A stretch of DNA of 55,532 nt, counting the filler, from Dirinaria sp. TL-2023a (taxonomy: Eukaryota), in NCBI GenBank assembly GCA_051941275.1. It is 4 parts of 4 records of this genome, joined end to end, with 100 filler letters (N's around TTAATTAATTAA, not from the genome) between each part and the next. Parts side by side here need not be neighbours in the genome. Positions count along the whole stretch, not along the records: positions 1 to 13,825 come from JAVEBF010000648.1; 3 more parts are not named here. One strand, given 5' to 3'. Shown piece by piece: positions 1 through 12,899 of this stretch; position 1 is the first letter of the stretch, and every line of letters begins with the position of its first letter. The position numbers and the translations under genes were made by a program. The notes beneath the pieces are model-generated. The model worked only from the letters and a program-made list of their open reading frames with translations, searched no databases and had not been told where the DNA came from.

Positions 1-219
1 CAAAACCAACCGCCCGTGCTAGCTAGCTAACTTAGGCATCCGGAGAAGCACTCTTATAGGTACTCGTACTGTATCTAGATATAGCTGCACCGTAACATCT
101 GTCCACCTTCGATTCTCAGTAATATATTCGTCGATGATAAGAATCGATCTACTTCACTTGGCAGTCAGTGCTTTGGCGAGTAGAAAGATCAGTTTCGGAC
201 CTAAAGAAAAATAGACAAA

Positions 220-243
220 ATATATATATATATATATATATAT
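220..243. repeat. (TA)n microsatellite
   Basis: About 12 consecutive TA units. Confidence 0.9.
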
Positions 244-1125
244 GCGAAATGATCTTTGTTTCGAAGGATTCGAAGCGGATTTTCTCTGAAGAATATATAG
301 ATCAGTCGAATGCGGAAGGAAAGCGCGGTTAACGGACTCGAATCTTGAAACTAATGGGCATGATGTATAGAAGGAAAACGGTGGGAGAGAAACTCTAGGA
401 TGTCCATCCAGTTCGCATCGTATTATTAGCTCTACGCAGCCGCTTCAAAGAATCGATCTTAGTACTCATTTCTCCGAATCAGACGACAGCTGCTGCGACT
501 CTTTATTTGCATGGTTACTCGTAATCTGGAAAATAAGTGGTTGGAAATTTTGGGATCTGAAAGCCTCAGATACGGCATGTGGAGAAGGCTCAGGACTGAG
601 GTATCAGTAGTCATGACACGCACAACACGCATCTGGCTCGCACGCCGGGGATTGCGGCAAGGTTTTCGGTTTCATTGTAGGCTTGAATACGAATTTTCTT
701 CGCTTCCCGGGCCATCGCAGCCGTATCAGATTTTTCATCACTGATGTTTTATGGCGATGTGTGTGGTGCCCTCTATTAGTTTTTTTTTTTTTTTTTTTCA
801 ATCACCCGGCGACGATGACTAGTTTCATCAAGACTGGCTGATCACAGTAAGTTGCCAAGGTAAAAATAGATCGTCCGAAATGAAGCCAGTCACTTGAATC
901 CATATACGCAGGTACGAGGCTCTAAACAGTCGATTGCTCAATCTTGCTGGATTGAACAAGGACATGCCAACACTGTGTTTTCACATGCACAAAAATTCCC
1001 CACATGTCTGATAATCTGTAGCACGTCGTAGGAGAACGTCTTGGTGTCCGTGCCGATATTACGGCACGAGCACGCCTTCTCTAAGGACAAGCATTACTGC
1101 TGTGCTACTTATCATGCGTTCAAGA

Positions 1126-3000
1126 TCATTCGCCATCCCCAGGCTCTTCCAATGATCTATTAAGCAATGCAGCTCTTTCTCTAAACTCTACCCTGCCACC
1201 AGGGTCCTGGTAGCTGAGCTCGAGGATCGTCAAATTGCGAGGCCTGCCCTGTCCCTCCGGAAACTTCATGTCGTACTTGGTCAAAATGCGAGTCAAAACG
1301 GCTTTGATCTCCATGGACGCGAAATGCCTCCCCGGGCAAGCATACCTGCCGTGGCCGAAATGGATATGGTCGATATCGGTCGAGGTGAACAATAGACGCC
1401 CGGCATTGGGATCCTGAGCTTTCTTGAGGTAACGGTATCCATCGAAGTTGTCTGGGCCGGGCGCCGCAACGTCATCTTGCAGATGCGAAGTCGTGACCAC
1501 GCATATGTAGGTGCCCCGTGGCAGGTGCAAGCCGTCGGAGAGCGTGATGGGCTCCATGACTACCCGTTTGAATCCGACTGAAGACGGGTAAGCTACGAAT
1601 GAATGACTGCTGGATTGAAAAGCAAAAACATGCTTTTCACCTACGTGCACTGGGAGGATTGACTCTCTGGACCTCCTTCATGAAACTGTCCAGTTTCTGC
1701 AACTTGGCATGCGTCGTCTTCTGCCACCCCTTATCTTCTGCCATAGCTTGCTCGATTTCTTTACGCAAAGACGGGATATACTCCGGTCTCGCGGTGATCT
1801 CATAGAGAGTGTCTTTTATGACCCCTGAGACAGAAAATAGCGAGCCAAGGATAGCATATATATATCTTGTTGCTAAATTCTCGGGCTGTCCCTCCTTTTC
1901 GTTAGCCAAGTCCATCATCCACTGGAGGACATCTTCAGGTTTTCGATACGTCTCGCCCTCGATTGCTTGCATGCGTCTGCGTTGGCGTATGTAAGGCGCT
2001 ACAATCGCTACAATTCGCTTCTTAATCCGGCGGATTCTCCAGCACGAGGGCAGAAGGAAGCCAACAAGCGGATGTAGAAAGATTGGGAAGAACCTCATGA
2101 GCACCATAGTAAGGAAGATCTCTTCGACGATAAGGCAATTCAAAGAAAGCAATTCTTCGTTTCGACACAGAGGATATCCGACAAATGTGCGAAGCGTAAT
2201 CCTGGAGATAACCCGCAAGATCGTTTTGTTCAAATCCGTCATGACCCACTCCTCTGAGAAATTTCTGATTAGCTTGGCATCGATCCTGGAAGACGGGCCT
2301 TACCTTGACCTTTAGGGAAATCCCATTCCATGGCAAAATCGAGTTCTTCCTTGACAACAGCAGTAAAGGCGCCAATACGTGGAGTCAACTTGTTTTGTAC
2401 CGCGTGGAAGTTGAGATGACTTCCGAGCATGATATCGATGCCTGTATATTTGCCCATGAGATCCTACAATTTGTTGACCGAATGGTGTAAGTCAATGATG
2501 GTTCTGCGATGGACGCTCGAATGAAATGATCAAGTCAAATGACTCACATCTGAAAGCGCCTGGAAAGAATAGAGTTTCTTTTCTGGGCTATTGCGAAGCT
2601 CATGCACATATTTTTTCGGGAGCACAGTCACAATGGACTCAGGCCGTACGATGGTAAAGACTGAATCCTTGAACTTTCGATCCGTGAGCAGATCATAAAA
2701 ACGGAACGATGCTCTTATGGCATGTTGGATACATACTTGCTTATATTCTTCGTGGATTATCGACCAAGCACTGGTAGGGTATCGGTATTTGGTCACGAAC
2801 AATGGCTCCCACCTTGACTTTGCGCCCACGATAGGGGCATTGGGAAGCCTCACCCCGCGAGTGAAGTTCAAATTTCGTAGGGCGAATGCAGCGATGAGGG
2901 CCAAGGCGGACCATGCGCAGGCAGAGTACATGCTGATCACCGGCCCATTTGCCAGGCGGCCAGATGCATGGCTGTGAGTATGGCTGTGAGCTTGCTCCAT
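1126..3000 (-). CDS. Cytochrome P450, ent-kaurene oxidase/CYP68/CYP503-like terpenoid oxidase, 5 exons
   Basis: N-terminal TM anchor, K-helix EVQR, FDGYRY, heme motif FGHGRYACPGRHFA. GT-AG introns at about 2736-2674, 2547-2464, 2303-2254 and 1644-1578 join the ORF pieces in frame. Confidence 0.92.
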
Positions 3001-4346
3001 TGTGTAGCAACCAAAATTGAAACAAAGACTGTTGAAAATGATTTTACATGGCTGGTCAAAGGAATGTGGAGAAGATCATATCTAGAAAAGGGGCCTCGAG
3101 ATGCAATCAACTAGGATCATACTTCGCGCGGCATAGTAAGGACCGCAAAACGGTAAGCCAAGTTAAACGTTCATGGAGCAGAGCCTGCTGACTTATTCGT
3201 TTGATTCTGGGGCTCAACTAGCTCCGTCATAAGTCTATGCCCGGTGGCTTTTTGTTCCCTTTCCTCACCTCTAGTCTGCCTTAAAGGCTCGACGAGTACC
3301 AATAGCCTTTCCTTACGGCCAAGAATCCAAGGGGGCACCACACCAAGACACCATCAGCATCTCATGCCTCGGCTACGCTATTTTGGTTCCCAAGCCGGAG
3401 GAGAAGATTAGACTATCCGTTCCATGAACAGGTATTCGTAAGGCGGCGGACGCTGGCGTACGGGAAGGAGGTAATGTTCGAGAGTTGCCAAGGATGAGTG
3501 AGTGGAGCATTTCCCGGCACAGCTACAGTGTGCATATGCATACGCAGTGATCGCCAGTAAGTTTTTTTGATGCTGCATGGTGGCCAGTGGAGCAGGTAAT
3601 CGAATACTTGTTGAAAAGGTGTGCCATCGGTTCGACTTGCTGATCAGAAAGCTGCTCCATCTGGTATGTTGGTTTACCTGAAACGGCAATTTTCCGATAA
3701 GGCGCCGCACTAGGGCGTTGACGGCATGTTCTAGGCATTAATGGTGGTCGATCACGACTCAGCCCCTTCATCATCTGTACTTCGTACATGCTAAATTATG
3801 CATGCAGACATCATTGGCTGATCTTTTCCCCGCTTGAAAGCGATGGTGTCTGACATGCGTATAGTTCCGAACGGCACGCCCAGTAGGTAATCAATCCATG
3901 GAAAAATTGCAAATGCTTCCAAACTGCAGCATCCTCGTAGGATTCTGAAAATGGCGCAATCGGAATTCCCCATCTTTCTTGACCCCCCGAATTGTTCACT
4001 TCAACTGTGTGCCGACGAGGTACGTATCCTTTCCGTTATGATACCGTTTTGAACAAGAGCTCCAGAAAACCCACTGGAAATAAGGTACAATACATATTTG
4101 TTTCACTTAACACTTAGTCTTCTCTTTATCTGAGCCGTGAATGAGCTAATCGTCCAATAAGGAGAGGTAAAATGAATAGGTTCTGAAATTGCCTAATTCA
4201 GGAATGACCGGGATATCCTACCCGCCATTGTCCTTTCACTTTGCTCCGTACCTAGTTCTTAAAGATCCGCCACGTACCAACGACCGGCAAAAGGTCCAAG
4301 TAACAGCATTACCGAGGGGAGATCGACTTTCTCGAAGCTTCTTGCG

Positions 4347-6080
4347 CTAAGCCTGATACTCGATCCCATTTTTGAATTTAACTTTCATCTTCATCGGTAG
4401 CTTTTGAATGAGCATGATGACCGGGAAATTGTCGAATTCCACCCGCTCCGATGGATCATCCGAAAAATCAAACACCCACAGCAGCCTAGCTACTACAAGT
4501 CGCAACTCGACCCAGGCAAGCGGTCGCCCCATGCAGCTGTGAAATCCGACGCTAAAGGGCTTGCTAGCGGAGAGGTGGTCATTGTCGTATTCCGCCGGAC
4601 GTTCGCCCTTTGGCAGCCAACGTTCGGGGACAAAACGATCCGGATTGGCGAACAGCTTGCTCGAGCGATTGACAGCATAGGTACGCACACCTAGTCTGGT
4701 CTGAGGATCCTTGTCAGAGTCGCTGCTTCATCTGGTTGTAGGACGGCGGCAACTTACCCCTCCCGGAAGATAAACTCCGCTGTAAGTATCACCACCTTCA
4801 GGGACGACCCGGGGCAGTCCGCCAGGAATAGGATTACAGATCCGCAGCCCTTCGTTGATGACGGCCTCGAGGTATGGGAGGTCTTTGGTCGCTTCGATGG
4901 TGATGTCTTCCTCGTCCTTGAAGTACGTGCGAATTTCCCTGCATAAGCGTGACATGATTTCCTTATTCTCCTTCTTCGTCAAATGGTTGAAGACACCGGT
5001 CAAAGCAGTCGCTGTGGTTTCCGAGCCTCCCACGATAATGAAATTGAACGTAGCCAGCATTTCGTCTCGGGACATGATCTCATAGTTGGCGTTGTTCCTC
5101 ATAAAGGGTGTTACAAAGTCAGGTCGATCGGTCTTGGAGTCCAAGCGGCGGTTGATCTTTTCATGCGCGTACTCCGTATGCCGGCGTTGGCCCTCGAGCA
5201 CGCTCTTGGGGATGAGCTTCTCGAAAAGAAATTCGGCGGCGGGATAGTAGCGAGGAGCGGCAGCGAGCGACATACCCTTGAGGAAGCTGAACAGCGTACG
5301 GACCCAAGAATGGTACTTGCCGTTCTTCAGGCAGTCAAAGGGCTCTCCGAAAGCTAGATCTCCGATGACGTCCATGGTGAAGAAATTCAGCCAGTCGGTC
5401 ATGTTGATCAGGGCCCCTTCGCCTGTGCGATTCTGATTGACGATGTTCCTGATTTGAGAGACCATAGTGTCCCCATGGCCGTTGATCAAAGTGTGCTGTG
5501 TGCGAAGAGCCTCTTCGGTGAAGGAATTGCTCAAGAGGGTTCGAGCGCGGAGATGGAACTTGGCATCATTGGTGGTGATGATGTTATCGGCCTGGTTGTT
5601 CGGTGCTAGACGGGTCAGCTTGATCATCATCATCATCAGGCGAGGGAGTGAAGTAGTACCGATGTAATAAGCCCGATCGCGTAGGGTTCGCTTGTGTCCG
5701 CGGCGAGCGGTGTAGATGTCGGTCCACGCTTGCTCATTTGCAAAGGAGATTTCATCAGGAGCGAGGCGGATGATGTCGCCATACTTTTCGTGCAATTTGC
5801 GTTCACGCCTGGTCAGCTTACCGGTTAACATGCAGTAAATGAAAGGCAATCGAGAGGCAGCCCATAGCTTAGAGCCCGGAAAATTGGCAAGAGGATGGAA
5901 GTAAAGATTGTAAATGGCTTGAGAAGCCGGGTACTATGAATGACCCATCAGCCAAACATAGAACATTGATCGATAATGTCGATGCAAACTGACGGCCGAC
6001 AGAACGCCTAAGGTGACAATAAGCTGAAGGGCGAGGCTATGGCTCAAAGCTTCGAGAACAGTAGTAATCAAGGGAGCCAT
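4347..6080 (-). CDS. Cytochrome P450, CYP65-like, 4 exons
   Basis: ATG at 6080 (MAPLITTVLEAL...), YNLYFHPLANFPG, I-helix GGSETT, EGLR, PERW, heme motif FSVGFHSCMG; three GT-AG introns. Confidence 0.93.
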
Positions 6081-6558
6081 GTCTCATGAGCGTTGGAGCG
6101 TTGAGACACTCAGGTGTAATTTTGTGTGTCTGTCTACTGGTTGTTAAAGTATATACTCATAATACGAGCACCAGAGGAGCAAGAAGTGGAGGAAAGCCAA
6201 CAACGGTTGTAGTAGCTGTTAGCCTGTTAGGCTTATTCAGCCAGTATCAATACGGTCTAGCGGCAAAAGTACGGTACCACTGCAACAATGTGACCACTTC
6301 TTGCGCTGCTGCCCTGCGGCACAGGCAGACATAATAGTCCCCACTTCTTCGTATATGTAGAAAAGCTCGCAGCAGCATGCCAGAGCCGCCAGTGACAATC
6401 TAATGCATTCTCCACCAACCATTACATGCTCGCCTACTCCTAGCCCGACTCCAGACACCCAAAGCCGCGCGCTTGCACGGATCGCCCGCCTCCCGAAAGC
6501 CCGAAAGGTGTTTAATGCGGGACCTTAATTAGTGCAGCGGCTGGATCCGGAATTAAGG

Positions 6559-6857
6559 TACTCCGTAAAGAAGAAGGCGTCCGAGGCGTCTACCTGTAAG
6601 CGTTGCTTAAAGTACATTTACCTTACCTTACCTTAGTGTCAACATCTGACATTCTTTACGGTATCAATTACCCAGACTGCACATCGTTCGTGGAGCTCTC
6701 GGCACCTTCCAGCACCTTGTGCAAACCTCACCGTCTACTCCGTACACCATGACATCGCGAGCATAAACGAGCGCATTTTTTCAACCTTTTCGAATCTTCA
6801 TTTCCTGAATCACCGCATCAACCGATCCTCGTCCAATCTGTTGCAATCTACTCCGTA
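6559..6857. promoter_or_regulatory. Three TACTCCGTA motifs in the divergent P450/MFS promoter
   Basis: Exact copies at 6559-6567, 6736-6744 and 6849-6857; each contains a CCG/CGG triplet. Function is inferred only. Confidence 0.35.
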
Positions 6858-6859
6858 CC

Positions 6860-8987
6860 ATGGCTCCATCCGAGCAAGAAGAACGAGCGAGCAACAGCAG
6901 CGCCAGAGCCATGGCTAACATCAATCATGTTCCAGAGCGCACTGCTGAGGAGCGACAAGACGAGTCGCAGTATCCAACCGGTCTTAACCGCATACTGATC
7001 ATGGTGTCACTTATGCTCGGGACCACAATCATGTCTCTTGACACCACCATCGTATCCATCGCGATCCCGAAGATTTCAACCCAGTTCCACGCCCTCGATG
7101 ATGTCGGGTGGTATGGAGCTGCCTATTTAATGACTCTGACTGCCATTACCCCGGTCGCTGCCAACTTCTACAAGTACTTCGATCCCAAGGCCGTCTACCT
7201 AATTTCCATTGTCATCTTCGAGGGTAGGTCCACCCCCCTAGCCGTCATCATTGCTTGATCCTCATGGTGTTTATTGGTAGTTGGATCCGCCGTATGCGCT
7301 TCCTCGCCTTCCTCCAAGGCATTCATCACCGGTCGAGCCCTGGCTGGAGTCGGTGCCGCAGGACTTCTGCAGGGAGCGTTTGGCATACTGACCTATGTGT
7401 GCCCACTGGAGAAGCGTCCGATATTCCTCGCTGTTGTTGTCAGTTTGTTTGGCCTGTTCTCCAGCATTGGACCGGTAATCGGAGGCTCTTTGACCGAAAG
7501 TGTCACCTGGAGATGGTGCTTCTGGATGTGCGTATGGCCCCCTTGACTCGGTGTTATGGAGCTCCACTGACCTGGAGCCTGCAGAAATCTACCCATTGGA
7601 GGCCTTGTATTTGCCTTGGTAGTCTTCTTTCTCAACCTCAGAGGCGTCGACCAATCTACGCGGAGCCTCCCTTTGCCAACGAAGTTGAAGAAGCTAGACC
7701 TACCGGGAGTTGTTCTACTCCTCGCTGCCGTATGCTGCTTGTTTCTTGCCCTCCAAGAGGGCAGTGCCATGGTGCCGTGGTCATCGTCGAAGCCGATTGG
7801 GCTTTTCGTCGGCTTTGGCATGTTGCTTGCCGTCTTTGGTGTCTGGCAATGGAAGGCTGGAGACAATGCGACCATGCCTCTCCATTACTTCAAAGATCGA
7901 ACTGTCGTCTGGGGGTCTCTATACCTCCTGTGGGATGACATGGCATCCTATGTGGCAAGTACAGAGGCTTATCTCCCTCGGTGTGTACTGACAGCGGTGT
8001 GAGACCATCTACTTCCTGCCATTTTATTTTCAAGCCGCCCTCAACAATTCACCATTGAGAAGTGGCGTCAACTACATGGCGCTTGCCGTGCCTCAAATGG
8101 TTGGACTTCTGGTAGGTGGTGGTATAGTCACAGCATGGGGGCAATACGTAAGAGCTGCAATAATCCGGCCGCATGACCGACTAACAAAGTGCTGTCTAGA
8201 TGCCTGTCATACTGTTTGCCCAAGTACTGTGTGGCGTCGGATCTGGTCTCCTCACCACGCTGCGAACAGACACTTCGACGACTCGATGGGGGACTTATCT
8301 GGCCTTGACAGGCCTTGGGCTTGGCCTAGGGGTAAATGTGCCGCATATAGCCATCCAAGCCGTCATGAAAACATGAGTAAGCCTTCCAGAAGCAGGTCAT
8401 CCATCGGGCTGATATGCTTGGGACCCACTAGGGACAATGATATATTCATTGCGAACGGTTCGTGACTTCATAATCGTATTGGAAGAAATGGGAGAAGACT
8501 TACCCGTGGTAGGGATCGCGAACTTTTTTGGCCAAGTTGGAGGGTAGGTTGGTCCTCGTTGCGTCCCAGGAATTAGAGGTTCAGTATACTGACAAGACAC
8601 TTTGCTGTCAGTGCACTTGGGGTACCGATCGGGAACGCGCTACTTATCGACGGTCTCCGCAGTCAGGTACCCAAGTACGCCCCAGGAATATCTCCTGATG
8701 CAGTGATTCGGAACGAAGCACTCGATCTACAGTCCTTGACTACATCACCTGGCTTACTGCGCGGCCTCCGTAAAGCTTATGCCATTGCCATCTCACACGT
8801 CACCATTTTCCTAGTGGTACTTATTTGCATTTCTGTTCCAACGGCATGCGGTATGAAATGGCTCAATATCAAGGAGGTTTCCAAAAGGAACGAAGAGGAG
8901 AAGAAGATGATGAGAGACGTTGAGAAGAGCGTCCAAGGCGCAGGATTGGAACAGTCTCCACCCGAGTCCGGGGTGTTGAAGGCATGA
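6860..8987 (+). CDS. MFS drug:H+ antiporter (DHA2, 14-TM type), multi-exon
   Basis: LDTTIVSIAIPKIS, DVGWYGAAY, GRALAGVGAAG, GPVIGG, WRWCFW.NLP, LPFYFQA; many short introns; stop at 8985-8987. Confidence 0.92.
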
Positions 8988-9791
8988 CAATGTAGAGGGC
9001 GAGCGCAGTTAAGAATACTTCGGCAGGTGGAGTTTGATATGCTAGCGTCGGCATGAAAGTTCCTGCGAGAAACCTTACAACAATAAAACTCGTACGTTCA
9101 ATAAGAGAGATTCTGAGGCGTTGGCCGGATTTCCCGCGTGGCATCACCAAGCGCTAGTTGTAATGCCGGTCGCTTTTATTTCGGGCATGTAATGTATTCC
9201 TACCACAACCTCGGCATATGCGCAGTTTCAAAAACCTGCCTGCAACCCCTAAACCCGACTTGCATTGCAGGCATCGCCTCTGACGGGCATTGCAGCTGAG
9301 GCGGATGTGCAGCCAAATCTGGTCAAATCCCCGACCCAGAGCAGTCGATCAAGACACATCAAGGGCTGTTGATGCTAACGGACAGTATTCCGCAACCACC
9401 ATCAGTCTTATTGAGCGGACGATAATCCCACCAATAGCCGAGAGACTTGAACGTTTTTCGTTCGTGATTTGGGATACATCCCGGGCATTTGACTGCATCT
9501 CCTAGCCGATCAATCTGGAGGGCTGGCCTGGCTGCTCAGTAGTGTCGACCTGACGTGGCAAGGCAAACGAGCGCTGTGCCGTTAAGGATGATGGCTATTC
9601 TCAGTGGCAGTCAATTAAGGAGAAACCTCCTGTATCATTGGTGGATTGTGCATACCTAGACACCATCTGGTGTCGTGTCCGAGGACGGTATGGTTCCAAT
9701 TTATCCATCATGATATCGCGACGCATGGTTTTTTTTTTTTTTTTTTTTTTGGTGTCCGGCATCAAGGAGATATCGGCATCAATTAAGGGTC

Positions 9792-12334
9792 ATGGCGGAG
9801 CATAGGTCTCAGCAGCGCATCAGCAAGCTCTTGGAGGGTCTCCTCGGCACCTATGAGCCCTGTTTTGGCCTCGGTTCGATGACAGTCAGCATCTATGATA
9901 CGGCTTGGATTGCATGTATCTCCAAAACGGTCTCTGGATGTTCCCAATGGCTGTTCCCGTCCTCGTTCGTCTTCGTCCTCGAGGCACAATTGGCAGATGG
10001 GAGGTGGCCAGCACATCCGAATGAAGATGACACTGATGAGGTCGACGGCATCTTATCTACAATGGCCGCGTCATACTGTTTGATCCAACACGCGAAGAAC
10101 CCACTACAACTGAGGCATATCGTCGTGGAATCCCTCGCGGAAAGAATCAATAAAGCTGTTGCATGCCTTTCATCTTTGCTCCACAAATGGCAGGTGGAAG
10201 ACTGCAAGGCAGTAGGGTTTGAGCTTCTTGCTCCCTCGCTGCTCAATCTACTTGAAGATGAGGGCCACTTTCTCGACTTCCCGGGGAAAGAGCAGCTATT
10301 GGATATCCGTAATCAAAAATTATCCAGAGCTAGGCCGGAGACGCTGTATGATAGGCCTCCATCAGCTCTTTTACATTCCCTCGAAGCATTTCATTGCCGG
10401 AAAGACCTTTCGTTTGATCGCTTCGCTCATCAAAAAGTCGGCGGAAGTATGATGGCTTCGCCTTCAGCTACAGCCTCGTACCTGATACGATGCCGAGAAT
10501 GGGACGACGAAGCAGAAGCGTACCTACGGCTGGTCGTATCAAACGGTCAAGGCAAAGGCTCAGGCGGTGTGCCCAGTGCGTATCCGTCTACCAACTTTGA
10601 GTTGGCTTGGGTGCGACCTTCCCGATGTCTGTGATCAATTCCGGCTAACTTGAGGTCCAGACGGTCTCAACGTTTTTAGAAACTGGTTTATGGACCCCCG
10701 GTTTAAGCGTGCAATATGATAATAAAATCTTGGACACGCTTGAACATTCCAGGAAAACTGGCAAAGGTTTGGTCGGTTTTGGTGAGTCAGGTTCTGGCTC
10801 TTGTTATTATTATCAGTTCAGAGCAAACTTCTGATCACGCCACAGCTCCTGGGATCGAGCCCGATCTGGATGACAGCGCCAAGTCATCCACCATTTTCAG
10901 CTTACTGGGCAGGCAAGGGTTTTCAGGCCGGATTGTAGAGCACTTTGACTCTTCGCAATGCCTGAAAACATATAGAGCAGAGCGAAATCCAAGTGTCAGC
11001 GCCAACTGCAATGCTCTGCTCTGCATTCTCCTGGATTCGGAAGATTACCCTTCAAAATACGCGGTAATCGAGAAGATTACGCGTTTTATTTGTGATAGCT
11101 GGCGGAACACGAGTTGTTCCCTTGACGACAAATGGGTACCATTGATACTTCACAGTCTGGATGGTTGCACATGCTGACCAAGGACCGCCAGAACTTATCC
11201 CCTTTTTACGCCGCCATGTTGATGACCCAATCACTGGTTGAGTTACTCCAAAGGTGGAAAGACGGGAAGCTTCCAGAGATACAAACTGTGCTTTTGAAAA
11301 AGAAGGTTGTGCCAACACTTTTTCAATGTCTAGTTCACATACTACGGTCTCAGCTCATTGATGGCTCGTGGGGCAGCAGAGGCCCAAGAGAGGAAACAGC
11401 CTATGCCATACTCGCTCTCGCGAAAATGATGATATTACCTGCTGCCCAGTTCTTTAACGATGACATACTATTCGCAATAGACTGCGGGCGTTCTTTCCTC
11501 AGAAGATCACAAAATCAAAAGACGGAGTACTTATGGATCGAGAAAGTCACCTACGGTTCCAAAGCCCTGGCAGAGGCATACACTATCGCAGCGCTCTACA
11601 CTTCAACGGAAAGGCCCTCACACACCAATGCAATCTTGCATCTTTGCTGCATTGATTCCCAAGATCTGGCTGACTTTGTTTCAAAGATAGAGAGAGACCC
11701 CTTATCGAAATATCCCAAGCACCTAGTAATCGCGTCATGGATCGTAGCCCGGCTATACGTTTCTCATCTCCAGAGGAACCTTGGTGGTTTAACGATCGCT
11801 TACCGTCTGGAGCCGACCTTCAGGTGGATTTTGGCACACAACAGAGCTGTATCCATCGTGTCAGCAAGATTCATTGTCGATATGATAACCGCGTCACTTT
11901 TGACAGATTGTATCGTGACTCTGGTCGATGGAGCCGTCGCCTCTGGAAACAACGACCAGCTACTTTTGTTGAAAGACGCTTTCTACGAAGCTGTCAAGAC
12001 ATTCGACAAACGTGGTAGCGGATTCACTAAGATCGAGGCCAATGGCGCCTATAATTCTAGCTCTCCAAAAGTTACGGGGGGAATAAACCTTCGGTCAGCG
12101 GACGGGGACTCTGCTCGAGAGGACCAACATGTCTTTGGCGACAGAATTTCGTCCGGCTGTCCGAAAGCTTCGGGTACAAGCACGACTATATCCTCGTTCG
12201 TCGGCTTCTTCAACGATCACAACGTTATACCAGGAGCCAGCGACACTGACAAGTACGCTTTACAACTGGAATCAAAGCGCTTTATAATGGCCCAGACCAC
12301 CCGACTCATCGAACAGGAGCACCACAACGCGTAG
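9792..12334 (+). CDS. Class II (copalyl diphosphate synthase-like) diterpene cyclase of the fungal CPS/KS family with a degenerate class I domain
   Basis: YDTAW, QLADGRW/QLIDGSW, LHSLE, GSMMASPSATA, DxDD (DLDD at 10863-10874), WIEKVTY. Introns at 10611-10660, 10782-10845 and 11135-11191. Ends at TAG 12332-12334; no DExxE or NSE motif. Confidence 0.88.
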
Positions 12335-12742
12335 TCGCCCACAGATGGAGTTTTCTCAGAACGTAGAGACTCCACGCAGATTATCAGTTCTACGAGCCTT
12401 ACGGGCCTACCCCATCTCTTGGCCTTCGCAACATGTCTCGTCTTGCAAAAGAGGCGAGACGCACCCCCGACTCTACCTCAGAGGTACATCGCCAACGAGG
12501 CACACCAATGCGTCACCACGATCGCCGAACTCCAACGAGCTGTAGAGCGATCTGAGCACGGTCCTTTTACTGCTTCACGATCGCAAGCAACGGCAGCGAT
12601 CATGAGATATGAGAAAGAGAGATTGGGTCTTGCCTTCCAGCACTTGGAGAAAAGCGGTATGGATGCCGAGCTGCTGGGTGTGATCAAGTTGGTCGCTGAT
12701 ACGGTTGATCTTGCCGAGAAACTGTCTGGTATAGAAATCTGA
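12335..12742 (+). pseudogene. In-frame remnant of the cyclase C-terminal (alpha/class I) domain beyond the premature stop
   Basis: Same frame as ORF 11132-12334 and open to 12742. PISLAFATCLV...QRYIANE...RYEKERL...KLVADTVDL resembles fungal CPS/KS C-termini; the NSE position reads QRAVERSEH. Confidence 0.7.
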
Positions 12743-12899
12743 AAAGAGGAAGGGGAAGAAAAAAAAAAAAAAAAAAAAAAAAAACAATTCCAGTCCATTC
12801 TAAAAGGACGCAGGCAGGCAGGTGTAGTGGAGGTAGATTGATAAGGTATATATAAAAGCAAAGTCGTGATGATGAGCATGTTTATGAATCTGTTGGAAA

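Larger units (their letters stand above)
1126..12742. other. Putative terpenoid (labdane-related diterpene) biosynthetic gene cluster: P450-P450-MFS-cyclase
   Basis: Four adjacent secondary-metabolism genes with no housekeeping gene between them. Confidence 0.8.

Noticed and set aside
3100..4300. Extra cluster gene between the two P450s
   Set aside because: Short ORFs with no recognisable domain or consistent splice pattern.
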